Assembly (NCBI GenBank): GCA_030691505.1
Contig: JAUYEG010000100.1
Location: forward strand, 4,538 to 68,537
From: Bacillota bacterium
GTDB taxonomy: Bacteria > Bacillota > Sulfobacillia > JAUYEG01
Direction of reading: 5' to 3'
DNA length: 64,000 bases
Every line of letters begins with the position of its first letter. The first letter of the stretch is position 1. The notes below the pieces were generated by a model. That model was not told where the DNA came from. It was given only the letters and a program-made list of their open reading frames with translations, and searched no databases. The position numbers and the translations under genes are program-made. This document shows, in pieces, positions 8,744 to 18,854 of the stretch.

Positions 8744-10303
8744 GTGCCGGCGGCGGATGACCGGACGATAGAGGTGGGTCCAGTGCTCCTAGGTGAGTTG
8801 CTCGCCGCGGACCGGGCGACGCGGTTGGCCCGCGGAGTTGCCGGGACCGGCGTGGTCAATCTGGATTACGACTCGCGCCGGGTCGGGCCGGGTTCCCTTT
8901 TCTTCGCCCTTCGCGGACTGATTAGCGACGGGCACGAGTACGTGCCCCAGGCGGTGCAAAGGGGGGCGGTCGCCGTGTGCGCGGAGCACGAGGTGGCGCT
9001 GCCTGACGGCGTGGCCCTCCTCCTCAGCCCGGACACCCGGGCCAGCATGGCCTTGATGGCGGCCGCCTTCTTCGGGCATCCGTCCGTCTCGCTCGGGGTT
9101 GTGGGTGTCACGGGGACCAAGGGCAAGACCACCACAACGCATCTTATCAGGGCCATATTCGAGGCCGCGGGGCGCCGGACCGGGCTTGTCGGCACGGTGC
9201 ACAATGTCATCGGCGGGATGCCCGAAACGGTCGTGCACACTACCCCCGAGGCGCCCGAACTGCATTCGATGTTCCGCCGGATGGTCTCGGCCGGGGACAC
9301 CCACGTGGTGATGGAGGTCTCCTCGCATGCGCTGGAGTTCCGCCGGGTCGCCGGCACGGCGTACGACATCGGTGTGCTGACCAATATGAGCCATGACCAT
9401 CTTGATCTGCATAAGACCTTTGACAACTATGTGACGGCCAAAGCGAAGCTCTTCATGATGCTCGGCGCGCCTCCGGCGGGAAAAGGGGACGCGGGGCGCG
9501 GCCTGCGCGCGGCGGTCGTAAACGGCGACGACCCGGTCGCCCCGTCCATGCGGCGCGCGACGCCGGCCGACGTGCCGTACGTTACGTTCGGCCACGGCCC
9601 CGGGTGCGATCTCCGCGCCCTCGACGTGGACCTCGGGCCTGCCGGCGCCTCCTTTACGGCAGCGTACGGGCAGCGTAGACTGCCTATTAGCCTCAGGCTT
9701 CCGGGGCGGTTCAACGTACAAAACGCCATGGCCGCGCTGACGGTTGGGCTGGTTTCCGGGTGCGATCCTGAGACATGCGTCGCCGCGCTCAGCGGCATGG
9801 ACGGCGTGCCGGGCCGGTTTGAGCGCGTGGACGCCGGCCAGCCTTTCGCGGTCATTGTCGACTACGCACATTCTCCTGACAGCCTGGAGAACGTGCTCGT
9901 CACGGCACGAGAGCTCACAACGGGGAGACTGATGGTCGTATTTGGCTGCGGCGGCGACCGCGACCGGACCAAGCGGCCGGTGATGGGCCGCATCGCCGCA
10001 GAGCGCGCGGACGAGGTCCTGGTGACCTCCGACAACCCCCGCAGCGAGGATCCGGATGCCATCATTGCCGAGATCGTCGCCGGTTTCATGCCAGGCATGG
10101 CCGGGCGCTGGCGGGTGGTCGCCGACCGGGCGGCCGCTATCCGCGCGGCGATCGAAACCGCCGGTCCGGGCGACATGGTGGTGATCGCCGGCAAGGGGCA
10201 CGAGACCTACCAGATACTAGGCCCCGACACCATCCACTTTGACGACCGCGAGGTGGCCCGGCAGGCGCTGCTGGAGCGCGGCCGCGGGGTGAGCAAGGCG
10301 TGA
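8744..10303 (+). CDS. murE: UDP-MurNAc-dipeptide:meso-DAP ligase (start uncertain)
   Basis: GVTGTKGKTT, MEVSSHAL, DYAHSPD, GCGGDRD, DNPR (DAP-type), AGKGHETYQ. Confidence 0.95.
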   Translation: MPAADDRTIEVGPVLLGELLAADRATRLARGVAGTGVVNLDYDSRRVGPGSLFFALRGLISDGHEYVPQAVQRGAVAVCAEHEVALPDGVALLLSPDTRASMALMAAAFFGHPSVSLGVVGVTGTKGKTTTTHLIRAIFEAAGRRTGLVGTVHNVIGGMPETVVHTTPEAPELHSMFRRMVSAGDTHVVMEVSSHALEFRRVAGTAYDIGVLTNMSHDHLDLHKTFDNYVTAKAKLFMMLGAPPAGKGDAGRGLRAAVVNGDDPVAPSMRRATPADVPYVTFGHGPGCDLRALDVDLGPAGASFTAAYGQRRLPISLRLPGRFNVQNAMAALTVGLVSGCDPETCVAALSGMDGVPGRFERVDAGQPFAVIVDYAHSPDSLENVLVTARELTTGRLMVVFGCGGDRDRTKRPVMGRIAAERADEVLVTSDNPRSEDPDAIIAEIVAGFMPGMAGRWRVVADRAAAIRAAIETAGPGDMVVIAGKGHETYQILGPDTIHFDDREVARQALLERGRGVSKA

Positions 10304-11835
10304 GCGGCAATCCCTGTGCGCCGATCCCCGCAACCCGGCGCGTCCCGCCGGCATACGAAGCCGGTGCCGCCGCGGCGATCGTGGGCGGATCCGTCGTGTG
10401 GGGCAACCCAGCTGCCAGGTTCGCGGGGGCCAGCTTCGATACGCGCCGGACCGGTCCCGGGGAGATGTTCGTGGCCATCCCGGGTGAGCGCACCGACGGG
10501 CACCTTCACCTGGGGCACGCGGCCGCGCGGGGGGCTACGGTGTTGCTTGTGCAGCGCTGGGATGTCGGGCTTGAGGGGAGCCTCAGCGGCTCGCCGGGGG
10601 CCGACCCATCCGCTGCGGCTGTGATCCGGGTGCCCGAAACGGTCGCCGCTTTCGGCCGCCTGGGCGCGTCACACCGCTCACGATACCAGTTGCCCGTTTT
10701 AGGCGTCACCGGGAGCGTCGGCAAGACCACGGTCAAGGACATGGCGGCGCATATGCTGGAGCGCCGCTTCGACGTGCTGGCAACTGAGGGCAACCTCAAC
10801 AGCGATGTCGGTCTGCCGGTCATCCTCCTCCGGCTCGACGCGCGTCACCAGGTTGCGGTACTTGAGATGGCGATGCGCGGCGAGGGCCAGATCAGCTACC
10901 TCGCCTCGCTCTCCGGTCCGCGCGTGGCCATCGTGACATCGGTCGCCCCCGTGCACCTGGAGACGCTGGGGAGTCTGGAGGCCATCGCCCGGGCCAAGGC
11001 CGAGCTGCCTCGCGCCCTTCCGCCGGAGGGGCTGGCGGTCGTGGACGGAGATTCGCCGGCCCTGACCGCCGAGCTGGGCAGGGGCGGGATGCGCGCCCAA
11101 TACGTCAGCTTCGGGCACAGGACTGACGCCGGAGCACGGGTGCAGGACGAGCGCACGTTGTTCACCCGCCAGGGCGACAGGATCGCCGCGTCGCTATCCT
11201 TTGCGGTGATTGTGTCGGGCGCAGCCCGGGATCTGCTCAGCGTCAGGTCTGCCCGGCTGACGGTGACCATACCGTACCCGGGCGCCCACAACGCGCTCAA
11301 CGCGGTGGCCGCGGCAGCCGCCTGCACCGCCGTCGGGTTACCCTTCGAGGAGGGCTTGGCCGCGCTGGCGGACTTCGCCCCCAAGAGCGCCATGCGACTT
11401 GACATCCGGATGCACGGTGGGGTGCTGCTTATCAACGACGCCTACAATGCCAACCCGTTGTCGATGCGGGCGGCGCTCACGATCCTCCAAGAGGCGGCGG
11501 CGGGCGGCCGCAAGGTGGCGGTTCTTGGCGACATGCTTGAGCTAGGCCCTCTCGAAGCAGAGGCGCATCGACAGCTGGGCCGTGATGTGGCCGCGGCCGG
11601 TGTGGGGGTTTTGATCGCCCACGGTCCGGCGTCGGCGCATGCTGCGGCGGAGGCCGTCGCGGCGGGGATCCCCCGTACGTCGGTGCACCATACTCTGACC
11701 CACGATGACGCCTCGCGGCTCCTCCTGGACCACGTTCGGATGGACGACACCTTGCTCATCAAGGGGTCGCGCGGCATGGCGATGGAGAATATCGTCAGAG
11801 CTTTCAGCGAGGGTTGGCCCAATGAACGGGTATGA
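10300..11835 (+). CDS. murF: UDP-MurNAc-tripeptide:D-Ala-D-Ala ligase
   Basis: GVTGSVGKTTVK, NDAYNANP, LGDMLELG, KGSRGM. Confidence 0.95.
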   Translation: MSGNPCAPIPATRRVPPAYEAGAAAAIVGGSVVWGNPAARFAGASFDTRRTGPGEMFVAIPGERTDGHLHLGHAAARGATVLLVQRWDVGLEGSLSGSPGADPSAAAVIRVPETVAAFGRLGASHRSRYQLPVLGVTGSVGKTTVKDMAAHMLERRFDVLATEGNLNSDVGLPVILLRLDARHQVAVLEMAMRGEGQISYLASLSGPRVAIVTSVAPVHLETLGSLEAIARAKAELPRALPPEGLAVVDGDSPALTAELGRGGMRAQYVSFGHRTDAGARVQDERTLFTRQGDRIAASLSFAVIVSGAARDLLSVRSARLTVTIPYPGAHNALNAVAAAAACTAVGLPFEEGLAALADFAPKSAMRLDIRMHGGVLLINDAYNANPLSMRAALTILQEAAAGGRKVAVLGDMLELGPLEAEAHRQLGRDVAAAGVGVLIAHGPASAHAAAEAVAAGIPRTSVHHTLTHDDASRLLLDHVRMDDTLLIKGSRGMAMENIVRAFSEGWPNERV

Positions 11836-12802
11836 CGGCCTGCGGTTGGGGATGGCGGTGGCCCTATCCTTCACCGTGGTGGCGGTCGGCGGTCAGATCG
11901 CGATTCCCCTTCTCCGCCGGCTCAAGGTGGGCCAGAGGGTTCGCGACGACGGCCCGCAAACCCATCTGAAGAAAATGGGCGTCCCGACGATGGGCGGTCT
12001 GTTCTTTGTCCTGCCCGGCCTCGCGGTGGCCCTGTATTTCGCGGGCCGTGACCCCGCCGTCCGCGCGACGGCGCTGTTCGCCCTGGTCTTCGCGGGGGTC
12101 GGGTTCGTGGATGACTACATCAAGGTCGTCAAGAAACGTCCGCTGGGCCTGCGCGCGCGCTACAAGCTGGCAGTCCAGATTCCGGCCGCCGTGGCGCTGG
12201 CCTTTTACGCAACCGGCGTGCTCGGTCTGGGCACGGGGATCAGGCTTCCGTTCGGGGGGCCGGTGATCGAGCTCGCGTGGGCATACCCGGCAGCGATCGC
12301 TTTCATCGCCGTGGCCGAGGCCAACGCGGTGAACATCACCGACGGTCTGGACGGGCTCCTCGCAGGCGCGATGGTTCCAACACTCGGGGCCTACCTCCTC
12401 ATCGCGCTCACCGTCGGTCAGACGGGCCTCGGAGTGCTCTGTGCCGCGCTGGTCGGCGCCTGTTTGGGATTCCTGCTCTTTAACCACTACCCGGCAAGGG
12501 TGATCATGGGCGACGTCGGGTCGCTGGGTCTTGGCGGCGCGTTGGTGGCCGTCGCCGTGCTGACCAAGACAGAGCTCCTGCTGGCCCTGGTCGGGCTGCT
12601 GTACCTGATCGAAGCGCTATCGGTCACCCTTCAGGTCATCTCGTTCCAGAGCACCGGCCGGCGGATATTCCGCATGAGCCCGCTGCACCATCACTTCGAA
12701 CTGCTCGGCTGGTCCGAAACCAAGGTCTTGCGCTGGTTCTGGGCGGCGGCGTGGCTCTCCGGGGTGCTGGGTCTGCTCGGCATAGCCGGGATGGGGGGGT
12801 AG
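11822..12802 (+). CDS. mraY: Phospho-MurNAc-pentapeptide transferase
   Basis: GVPTMGG, VDDYIK, NITDGLDGL, MGDVGS, PLHHHFE. Confidence 0.96.
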   Translation: MNGYDGLRLGMAVALSFTVVAVGGQIAIPLLRRLKVGQRVRDDGPQTHLKKMGVPTMGGLFFVLPGLAVALYFAGRDPAVRATALFALVFAGVGFVDDYIKVVKKRPLGLRARYKLAVQIPAAVALAFYATGVLGLGTGIRLPFGGPVIELAWAYPAAIAFIAVAEANAVNITDGLDGLLAGAMVPTLGAYLLIALTVGQTGLGVLCAALVGACLGFLLFNHYPARVIMGDVGSLGLGGALVAVAVLTKTELLLALVGLLYLIEALSVTLQVISFQSTGRRIFRMSPLHHHFELLGWSETKVLRWFWAAAWLSGVLGLLGIAGMGG

Positions 12803-12805
12803 CTG

Positions 12806-14068
12806 TTGCCGACCGTCCGGAGCCCTTACGGGACACCCGAGCCGCATCGCAGGAAGCGGCCCGGTCGTGAACGCAACGCTTTCCGCACCGGCAGGGCCCG
12901 CCCGGCGCCGCGGGCGCAAACCCCGTACGCCGCGACCGGTCTCCAGCCGCCCCGCCCGGGGGTGTTGCGGGCATCGGCCCGCCGCAAGCCGCCGGATTTC
13001 GGGATCATCGCCGCAGTGGCGGGCCTTGTGGGCATCGGGATCGTGATGATTTTCTCGGCCAGCTCAAACCGGACGTTTGTGTCCTTCGGCGACCCCTACT
13101 ATTACCTGAAAAGGCAAGCTCTCTGGGTCGTGATCAGCGTCGCGGCGATGGTGTTCGCAATGAACTTCGACTATTGGCGGCTGCGGTCGCTGGCCCGGCC
13201 CATCTTTGTCTTTTCGCTCGTCCTGCTCGTGATCGTACTGATTCCGGGGCTCGGAAGCGGCGTCCACGGTGCCAGGCGCTGGGTTGGGATCGGGATTGCG
13301 CGGTTTCAGCCCTCGGAGTTGGAGAAACTGGCCCTCACAATCTTCCTCGCGTCGCTGCTGTGCGAGCGTGGGCGCGCGAGATCGTTGCGCCGCGGCATCG
13401 TGCCGGTCGTATTGATCGCCGGGCTGATTTTCGGCCTGATCTTGTTGCAGCCGGACCTCGGCACGGCCGTGGCCTGCGCGGGGACGATCGCCGTGATGCT
13501 CTTCGTGGCCGGCGCCAACATGTGGCACCTGGCGGGCCTGGGGTTGGCCGCAGTGCCCGTCCTCTACTTGGCCATATTCTCGGCCGAGTATCGCCGGCGG
13601 CGTTTTCTTGCGTTCCTCAATCCATGGGCGGACCCCCTTGATACCGGCTTTCACATCATCCAGTCACTGTACGCGCTCGGCTCGGGCAGCCTGTTCGGGC
13701 TGGGCCTGGGACAGGGGCGCCAGAAGTTTTGGTACCTGCCCGAGCAGCACACGGACTTCATCTTCTCCGTACTGGGCGAGGAGCTCGGCTTCCTGGGCGG
13801 AGCGGCGGTGATAGCGCTGTTTGCTCTCCTGGCATGGCGCGGTTTCCGGGTGGCGGTACGGGCGCCGGACGGTTTCTCCTGCCTGCTGGCAGCCGGCCTG
13901 ACAGCCATGATCGTGCTTCAAGCGGCGGTCAACATCGGTGTGGTGACGGCTTCCATACCGATCACCGGCATCCCCCTGCCATTCATCAGCCACGGCGGGT
14001 CCTCGTTGATATTCACCATGGCCGGCGTCGGCATCTTGCTTAACATCTCACGTTACCAGCAGGCCTGA
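12806..14068 (+). CDS. ftsW: SEDS peptidoglycan polymerase FtsW/SpoVE (true start may be downstream)
   Basis: GARRW, FQPSE, QPDLGT, LPEQHTDFIF, GIPLPFISHGGSS. Confidence 0.93.
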   Translation: MPTVRSPYGTPEPHRRKRPGRERNAFRTGRARPAPRAQTPYAATGLQPPRPGVLRASARRKPPDFGIIAAVAGLVGIGIVMIFSASSNRTFVSFGDPYYYLKRQALWVVISVAAMVFAMNFDYWRLRSLARPIFVFSLVLLVIVLIPGLGSGVHGARRWVGIGIARFQPSELEKLALTIFLASLLCERGRARSLRRGIVPVVLIAGLIFGLILLQPDLGTAVACAGTIAVMLFVAGANMWHLAGLGLAAVPVLYLAIFSAEYRRRRFLAFLNPWADPLDTGFHIIQSLYALGSGSLFGLGLGQGRQKFWYLPEQHTDFIFSVLGEELGFLGGAAVIALFALLAWRGFRVAVRAPDGFSCLLAAGLTAMIVLQAAVNIGVVTASIPITGIPLPFISHGGSSLIFTMAGVGILLNISRYQQA

Positions 14069-14074
14069 CCGGAA

Positions 14075-15262
14075 ATGGGAGAGGACGGGCAGTTGAGCGG
14101 ACGCGGCAAGTGGGGGAGCGCCAAGCAAGGGAGCGCCGGGGCAGAGGGCAGGGCCCCGCGGTGCCTGCTGAGCGGCGGGGGGACCGCGGGCCACGTTGTC
14201 CCGGCGCTGGCTGTCGCGGCGGAAATACTCGCCCTGCGGCCGGACGCCGAGTTGCTCTACGTGGGCACCGCGGGCGGGCTCGAGGCCGACCTGGTGCCCC
14301 GGGCAGGCGTTCCATTTGCCGCCGTGCCCATTACAGCCATCGCGGGGAGAAAACTGGCCGCCGCCGCGCGCTCGGCGGCGCGGGCGGCGGCTGCTGTTGC
14401 CCGTGCCCGCAGGATTATCGGGCGGTTCCGGCCGGATGTGGCCCTCGGCACCGGGGGCTACGTCGCGGGCCCGGTCCTCGTTGCGGCCTGGTCCAGCGGT
14501 GTGCCGTGCATGATTCACGAGCAAAACCTGCGGCCGGGGATCACCAACCGCTTGCTGGCCCGGATCGCCCGCCAGGTGCTGGTGTCATTCGAGGAGAGCC
14601 GCCGCCACTTCCCCAGGCCGGGCAAGGTCATCTTCACGGGTTACCCGGTCCGCCCGGAAATCACCAAGGTGGGCCGCGAGGAGGGTGCCAGCGCCTTCGG
14701 ACTGCGTCCGGACCGGCCCACGGTGCTGGTCGTCGGAGGCAGCCGCGGGGCCAAAACCATCAATGAAGCCGTCAAGACCGGGCTTGTGGGGCTGCTGGAG
14801 GCGATGCCGCACCTGCAGGTGCTGGTTTCGACCGGGGAGAGCTACTTCGAGGATGTCCGCTCGCGCCTGACGGCCCAGGGCACGGCCGGCGATGCCATCC
14901 AGACGGGCAGGTTGCAGGTGTTCGCATACATCCACGACATGCCCCAGGCGTACGCCGCCGCGGACCTCGTTCTCTGCCGGGCGGGCGGGAGCGTGCACGA
15001 ACTGACCGCCCGCGGCCTCCCGGCTGTGCTTGTGCCTTCGCCCAACGTCGCCTACGATCAGCAGACCGACAATGCCCGGGTGCTGTCGCAGGCCGGCGCG
15101 GCGCTGATGGTGGCCGACCATGAACTCGATGGAGAGCGTTTCCGCGGGCTGCTGCTCTTCCTCTTGACCGAGCCCGATGTACTGCGGGGGATGGCCTCTC
15201 GCGCTGCGGCGCTCGGCCGCCCCCAGGCGGGCCGGACCATCGCCGAGATGATGCTTGGCTGA
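14075..15262 (+). CDS. murG: Lipid I GlcNAc transferase
   Basis: GGGTAGHV, GTGGYV, HEQN, GGSRGA, QTDNA. Confidence 0.95.
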   Translation: MGEDGQLSGRGKWGSAKQGSAGAEGRAPRCLLSGGGTAGHVVPALAVAAEILALRPDAELLYVGTAGGLEADLVPRAGVPFAAVPITAIAGRKLAAAARSAARAAAAVARARRIIGRFRPDVALGTGGYVAGPVLVAAWSSGVPCMIHEQNLRPGITNRLLARIARQVLVSFEESRRHFPRPGKVIFTGYPVRPEITKVGREEGASAFGLRPDRPTVLVVGGSRGAKTINEAVKTGLVGLLEAMPHLQVLVSTGESYFEDVRSRLTAQGTAGDAIQTGRLQVFAYIHDMPQAYAAADLVLCRAGGSVHELTARGLPAVLVPSPNVAYDQQTDNARVLSQAGAALMVADHELDGERFRGLLLFLLTEPDVLRGMASRAAALGRPQAGRTIAEMMLG

Positions 15263-15462
15263 GGCAATCTCCCGGGACACAGCCCCACGTCTCGCCAACG
15301 CCTATGCACGCCCGTGCCCGAAGGCTCCTAGTATGTCAGGGGGATGCGCAAATCCGCGCGTCCGTCGGCCTGACGCCGAGGGAGCCTGTCCAGCCACCCA
15401 GGTAACGGCCTTCCAGGGGCCCACGTATGATGGCTGCAGCGAGAATCTTGGAGGCGCGGGCT

Positions 15463-16737
15463 GTGCGCGACCTACTGATCATCGAGGGCGGCGTCCGTCT
15501 TGCCGGAACGGTCCGGGCGAGCAGCGCCAAAAACGCGGTCTTACCAATGATGGCCGCATCAATCCTTACTGGCGAGGAATGCGTCCTGCGGGACGTGCCC
15601 CGGCTGCGTGACGTCGGGGTGATGGGGCAAATCCTCAGCAGCTTGGGGGCCGAGGTGAGGACCGAGGCTGTTGGGGACAGGTCCTCGGCGACGCTGACCA
15701 TTGTCTGCCGCTCACTTTCCAGCCACGTGGTTCCCGCGGACCTGATGGGCGAGGTACGCTCGTCCATATTCCTGATGGGTGCGCTGTTGGCCAGAAACGG
15801 GCGGGCCGACCTCGCATATCCCGGAGGGTGCTCGATAGGCCACCGGCCGATTGATCTTCACCTCCAAGGGCTCCGTGACCTGGGAGCGAAAATAGAGGAA
15901 CACGGGTCCCGCATTGAGGCGGAAGCCAGGGAGCTGCACGGCAGCGATATTAGACTTACCCTGCCGAGCGTCGGCGCGACGGAGAACATAATGATGGCCG
16001 CGGTTCTCGCCACCGGGACCACCCTGATCCGCAACGCCGCCAGAGAGCCGGAAATCGTTGACCTTCAGAACATGCTTAACCTGATGGGCGCGAGCATCAG
16101 CGGCGCCGGCGGCGAGGCCATCCGGATCGAGGGTGTACGTCGGCTGCACGGGGTATCGTACGTCCCGATCCCCGACCGGATCGAGGCCGGAACACTCATG
16201 GTCGCGGCCGCAATCACCTCCGGTCAGGTGGAGGTGAGCAACTGCGTGCCCGATCACCTGCGCACGCTGATTGACAAGCTCCGCCAGGCAGGGTGCACGA
16301 TCGAGGAGGGAGACAGACGGGTGTTCGTCGAGATGGACGGCAGGCCTCGGGCGGTTGATTGTGTGACGCTGCCCTATCCCGGGTTCCCGACAGATCTGCA
16401 GCCGCCACTGATGAGCCTTGCGGCCATCGCCGACGGAACGAGCGCGTTTCTGGAGACGATCTACGAGCAACGGTTTAACCAGGCGGAGGGACTTCAGCGC
16501 ATGGGCGCCGACATCTCCATCACCGGGCAGCGGGCCTTTGTGCACGGGGTGGAGCGTCTGCGCGGCGCCGCGGTCAGGGCTCACGACCTTCGGGCGGGCG
16601 CGGCTCTGGTTCTCGCCGGCCTGGTCGCCGACGGGGTTACGACGGTGTCGGGTATTGAACACATCGACCGGGGCTACGACGGTCTGGAAACCAAGCTTGC
16701 CAGCCTCGGTGCATCCGTTCGGAGGGCGTGCGCTTGA
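15463..16737 (+). CDS. murA: UDP-GlcNAc 1-carboxyvinyltransferase
   Basis: AKNAVLP, PGGCSIGHRPIDLH (catalytic Cys), SVGATEN, GFPTDLQ, DLRAGA; GGAGG RBS before GTG 15463. Confidence 0.95.
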   Translation: MRDLLIIEGGVRLAGTVRASSAKNAVLPMMAASILTGEECVLRDVPRLRDVGVMGQILSSLGAEVRTEAVGDRSSATLTIVCRSLSSHVVPADLMGEVRSSIFLMGALLARNGRADLAYPGGCSIGHRPIDLHLQGLRDLGAKIEEHGSRIEAEARELHGSDIRLTLPSVGATENIMMAAVLATGTTLIRNAAREPEIVDLQNMLNLMGASISGAGGEAIRIEGVRRLHGVSYVPIPDRIEAGTLMVAAAITSGQVEVSNCVPDHLRTLIDKLRQAGCTIEEGDRRVFVEMDGRPRAVDCVTLPYPGFPTDLQPPLMSLAAIADGTSAFLETIYEQRFNQAEGLQRMGADISITGQRAFVHGVERLRGAAVRAHDLRAGAALVLAGLVADGVTTVSGIEHIDRGYDGLETKLASLGASVRRACA

Positions 16738-17552
16738 GAGAAGACCGTTCTCCGGCACTCCGACCGCGGTCCTCGGCCCGGACAAGCTCCGGGGGTCAAG
16801 CCGGGAGGGCGGAGTACCGCCGTGCCGCCCGGAGGGCCGGCCGCCCCAGGCGACGGCTGCCGGCCACCATCCTCGGCATGCTGCTCCTGCTTGCGCTGGC
16901 GCTGGGAGCGCTCCTCAACTCGCCCTTGCTGGAGGTCACCGCGGTCGTTGTCCACGGCCGCCAGAACCTGACCCGGGAGCAGGTTCTGGCGGCAGCGGGG
17001 CTGCGGCTCGGGGTCAACATCCTCCGCGTCAGCCCCCGCGCGGCCGCGGCGGCGCTGGCCCGCATCCCGCGCGTGGCCCGGGCAGAGGTGCGCCGGGTCT
17101 GGCCCCGGGGACTCGAAGTCGTGCTCGTTGAGAGGATAGGCCTTGCCCTGCTGCCGTGCGGCAGCGGCTGGCTTGAGGTTGCCGGCGACGGCGTTGCCCT
17201 CGAGCTTTATGGGTCGATCGAAGGTGCCGGCCTGCCGATCCTTGAGGGGATTGACCCGGCCCTGATCGGCGTGGGCGAAACCGTGCCAGGCCTTGAGGCG
17301 CGATCGGCCCTGACCGCGCTTGCCGCGCTTGCCGACCGCGATGAAGTCCCCTTGCGTGCCGTACTCGCTGCAACCGGTCTGGAGATCGAACTGCAGGACG
17401 CGACGTGGCTCTACCTTGGTCCTGCCAACTCGGGCATGGAAGCGAGGATCGGAGTCGCCCTTGCGATCCTTGAGGAGCTGCGGGTGAGGGGTCAGCGCGC
17501 GGCATACATAGACGTGCGCTTGCCCGGCCAACCTGTGATCAGGCCCCGTTAG
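16734..17552 (+). CDS. ftsQ: Cell division protein FtsQ/DivIB
   Basis: TM segment then POTRA-like region (VHGRQNLT...VRRVWPRGLEV..ER), C-terminal YIDVR. Confidence 0.85.
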   Translation: MREDRSPALRPRSSARTSSGGQAGRAEYRRAARRAGRPRRRLPATILGMLLLLALALGALLNSPLLEVTAVVVHGRQNLTREQVLAAAGLRLGVNILRVSPRAAAAALARIPRVARAEVRRVWPRGLEVVLVERIGLALLPCGSGWLEVAGDGVALELYGSIEGAGLPILEGIDPALIGVGETVPGLEARSALTALAALADRDEVPLRAVLAATGLEIELQDATWLYLGPANSGMEARIGVALAILEELRVRGQRAAYIDVRLPGQPVIRPR

Positions 17553-17595
17553 ACGCGGAGCCGCACAACTCCCGCAGTCGGAGGCGCTCGCCGGG

Positions 17596-18294
17596 TTGCG
17601 ATCCAGATTCGAACAGCTGGCCATGGTCTTGGTTGCCGCGATTCTTGGCCTGATGCTGGCTTTGGGTTTTCGGATGCAGACGGCCTTCGGACCGACCCTC
17701 CAAAACCGCCGGTGGGACGAGCTGGCCGTGATGTTGCGGCTCTGTGAGGAAGAGCGCGACGCGCTGCGCGACGAGGTCGTGGCCCTCCGGGCGGCCATCG
17801 CCGAGATCGGCGGCGGCGAGCAGCTGGATGTTCTGGCCCAGGAGCTGCGACAGGCGCGGTTGTTCTCAGGCCTCGCGGCCGGCGTCGGACCGGGTGTGCG
17901 GGTCACGCTCGACGACAGTTCCAGGCCGCAGCAAGGAGGAGAGGACCCCAATCTGTTTCTGCTCCACGATGATGACATTCTGCGGGTGGTCAACGAGCTG
18001 GCGGCCGCCGGAGCCGAGGCGATCGTCATCAACGGTCAGCGGCGCGTGGCCACCACCGAGATCCGGTGCGCGGGCCCGGCGATATCGGTAAACAACACCA
18101 GAGTCGCCCCGCCGATCCGCATCCTCGCCGTCGGTGACCCGCAGACGCTCGAGTCGGCCCTACGCATGAGGGGCGGCGTGCTGGAGATCCTGACGGTGAT
18201 CGGGATTCAGGTGCAGATCGAGCAGCTCGGCTCGCTTGAGATCCCGGCCTTCGCCGGGACCACGCGACTGCGCCATCTGCAGGCGGCAAGGTGA
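17596..18294 (+). CDS. DUF881 family protein (YlxW/YlxX-like)
   Basis: GPGVRVTLDD, LHDDDILRVVNEL.AAGAEAI.INGQR, IRCAGP. Confidence 0.9.
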   Translation: MRSRFEQLAMVLVAAILGLMLALGFRMQTAFGPTLQNRRWDELAVMLRLCEEERDALRDEVVALRAAIAEIGGGEQLDVLAQELRQARLFSGLAAGVGPGVRVTLDDSSRPQQGGEDPNLFLLHDDDILRVVNELAAAGAEAIVINGQRRVATTEIRCAGPAISVNNTRVAPPIRILAVGDPQTLESALRMRGGVLEILTVIGIQVQIEQLGSLEIPAFAGTTRLRHLQAAR

Positions 18295-18677
18295 ACGGGG
18301 CCGTGTGGCTGCTTATCGGACTGCTGGCCGGCCTCGTGGCAGGCTTCCGGCTGCCGGTGGCCTTGCCCCTGGCGATGGCCCGGTACCATTCCGTCGCCCT
18401 GCTGGCGGCGCTCGATTCCGTGTTCGGCGGCTGGCGCGCCCGGCTGGTGGGCGGATTTGACCCGGCCGTCTTCCTGACCGGGTTCTTTGGAAACGCGGTG
18501 TTGGCGGCCGCGCTGACCTACATCGGGGACCGGACCGGGGTCGAGCTCTATCTTGCAGCGGTCTTCGCGTTGGGAACACGGATCTTCATGAACCTCGGCG
18601 CCATCCGCAGGCTGATGCTCGGGATGACCGGGTCCAACGGCCAACCACAGCCCCCCCGCAGCGAAGAGACCCCCTAG
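18291..18677 (+). CDS. sbp: Small basic protein Sbp (DUF1290)
   Basis: VALLAALDSVFGG, F.TGFFGN, LYLAAVFALGTRIFMNL. Confidence 0.88.
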   Translation: MNGAVWLLIGLLAGLVAGFRLPVALPLAMARYHSVALLAALDSVFGGWRARLVGGFDPAVFLTGFFGNAVLAAALTYIGDRTGVELYLAAVFALGTRIFMNLGAIRRLMLGMTGSNGQPQPPRSEETP

Positions 18678-18735
18678 CCTTGCAGCCGCCCCTATGCACC
18701 CAAGACGCCGGGCCTGCGGCGCAGGCCCCAGACCG

Positions 18736-18783
18736 TCAGGAATTATCCTCCCAGGCAGGGGAACAGCCCCAGGCGGGGCGAAT
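18736..18783 (+). promoter_or_regulatory. Putative tandem sigma-H-like promoters of ftsZ
   Basis: CAGGAATT..19..GAAC and GCAGGG..19..GAAT resemble the sigma-H consensus (AGGA-N18/19-GAAT). Confidence 0.4.
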
Positions 18784-18854
18784 CATGGTTCTGACCGGGT
18801 CCCTGGTACTTGAATGATGAGTCCGCGTCCTGGTCGTTACAAGGGGGGGTTCCG

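Noticed and set aside
6710-10201. Long antisense ORFs (e.g. 6710..8524, 8789..10201; also 18837..20189, 37827..39302)
   Set aside because: Shadow frames of well-supported genes, expected in high-GC DNA where stop codons are rare
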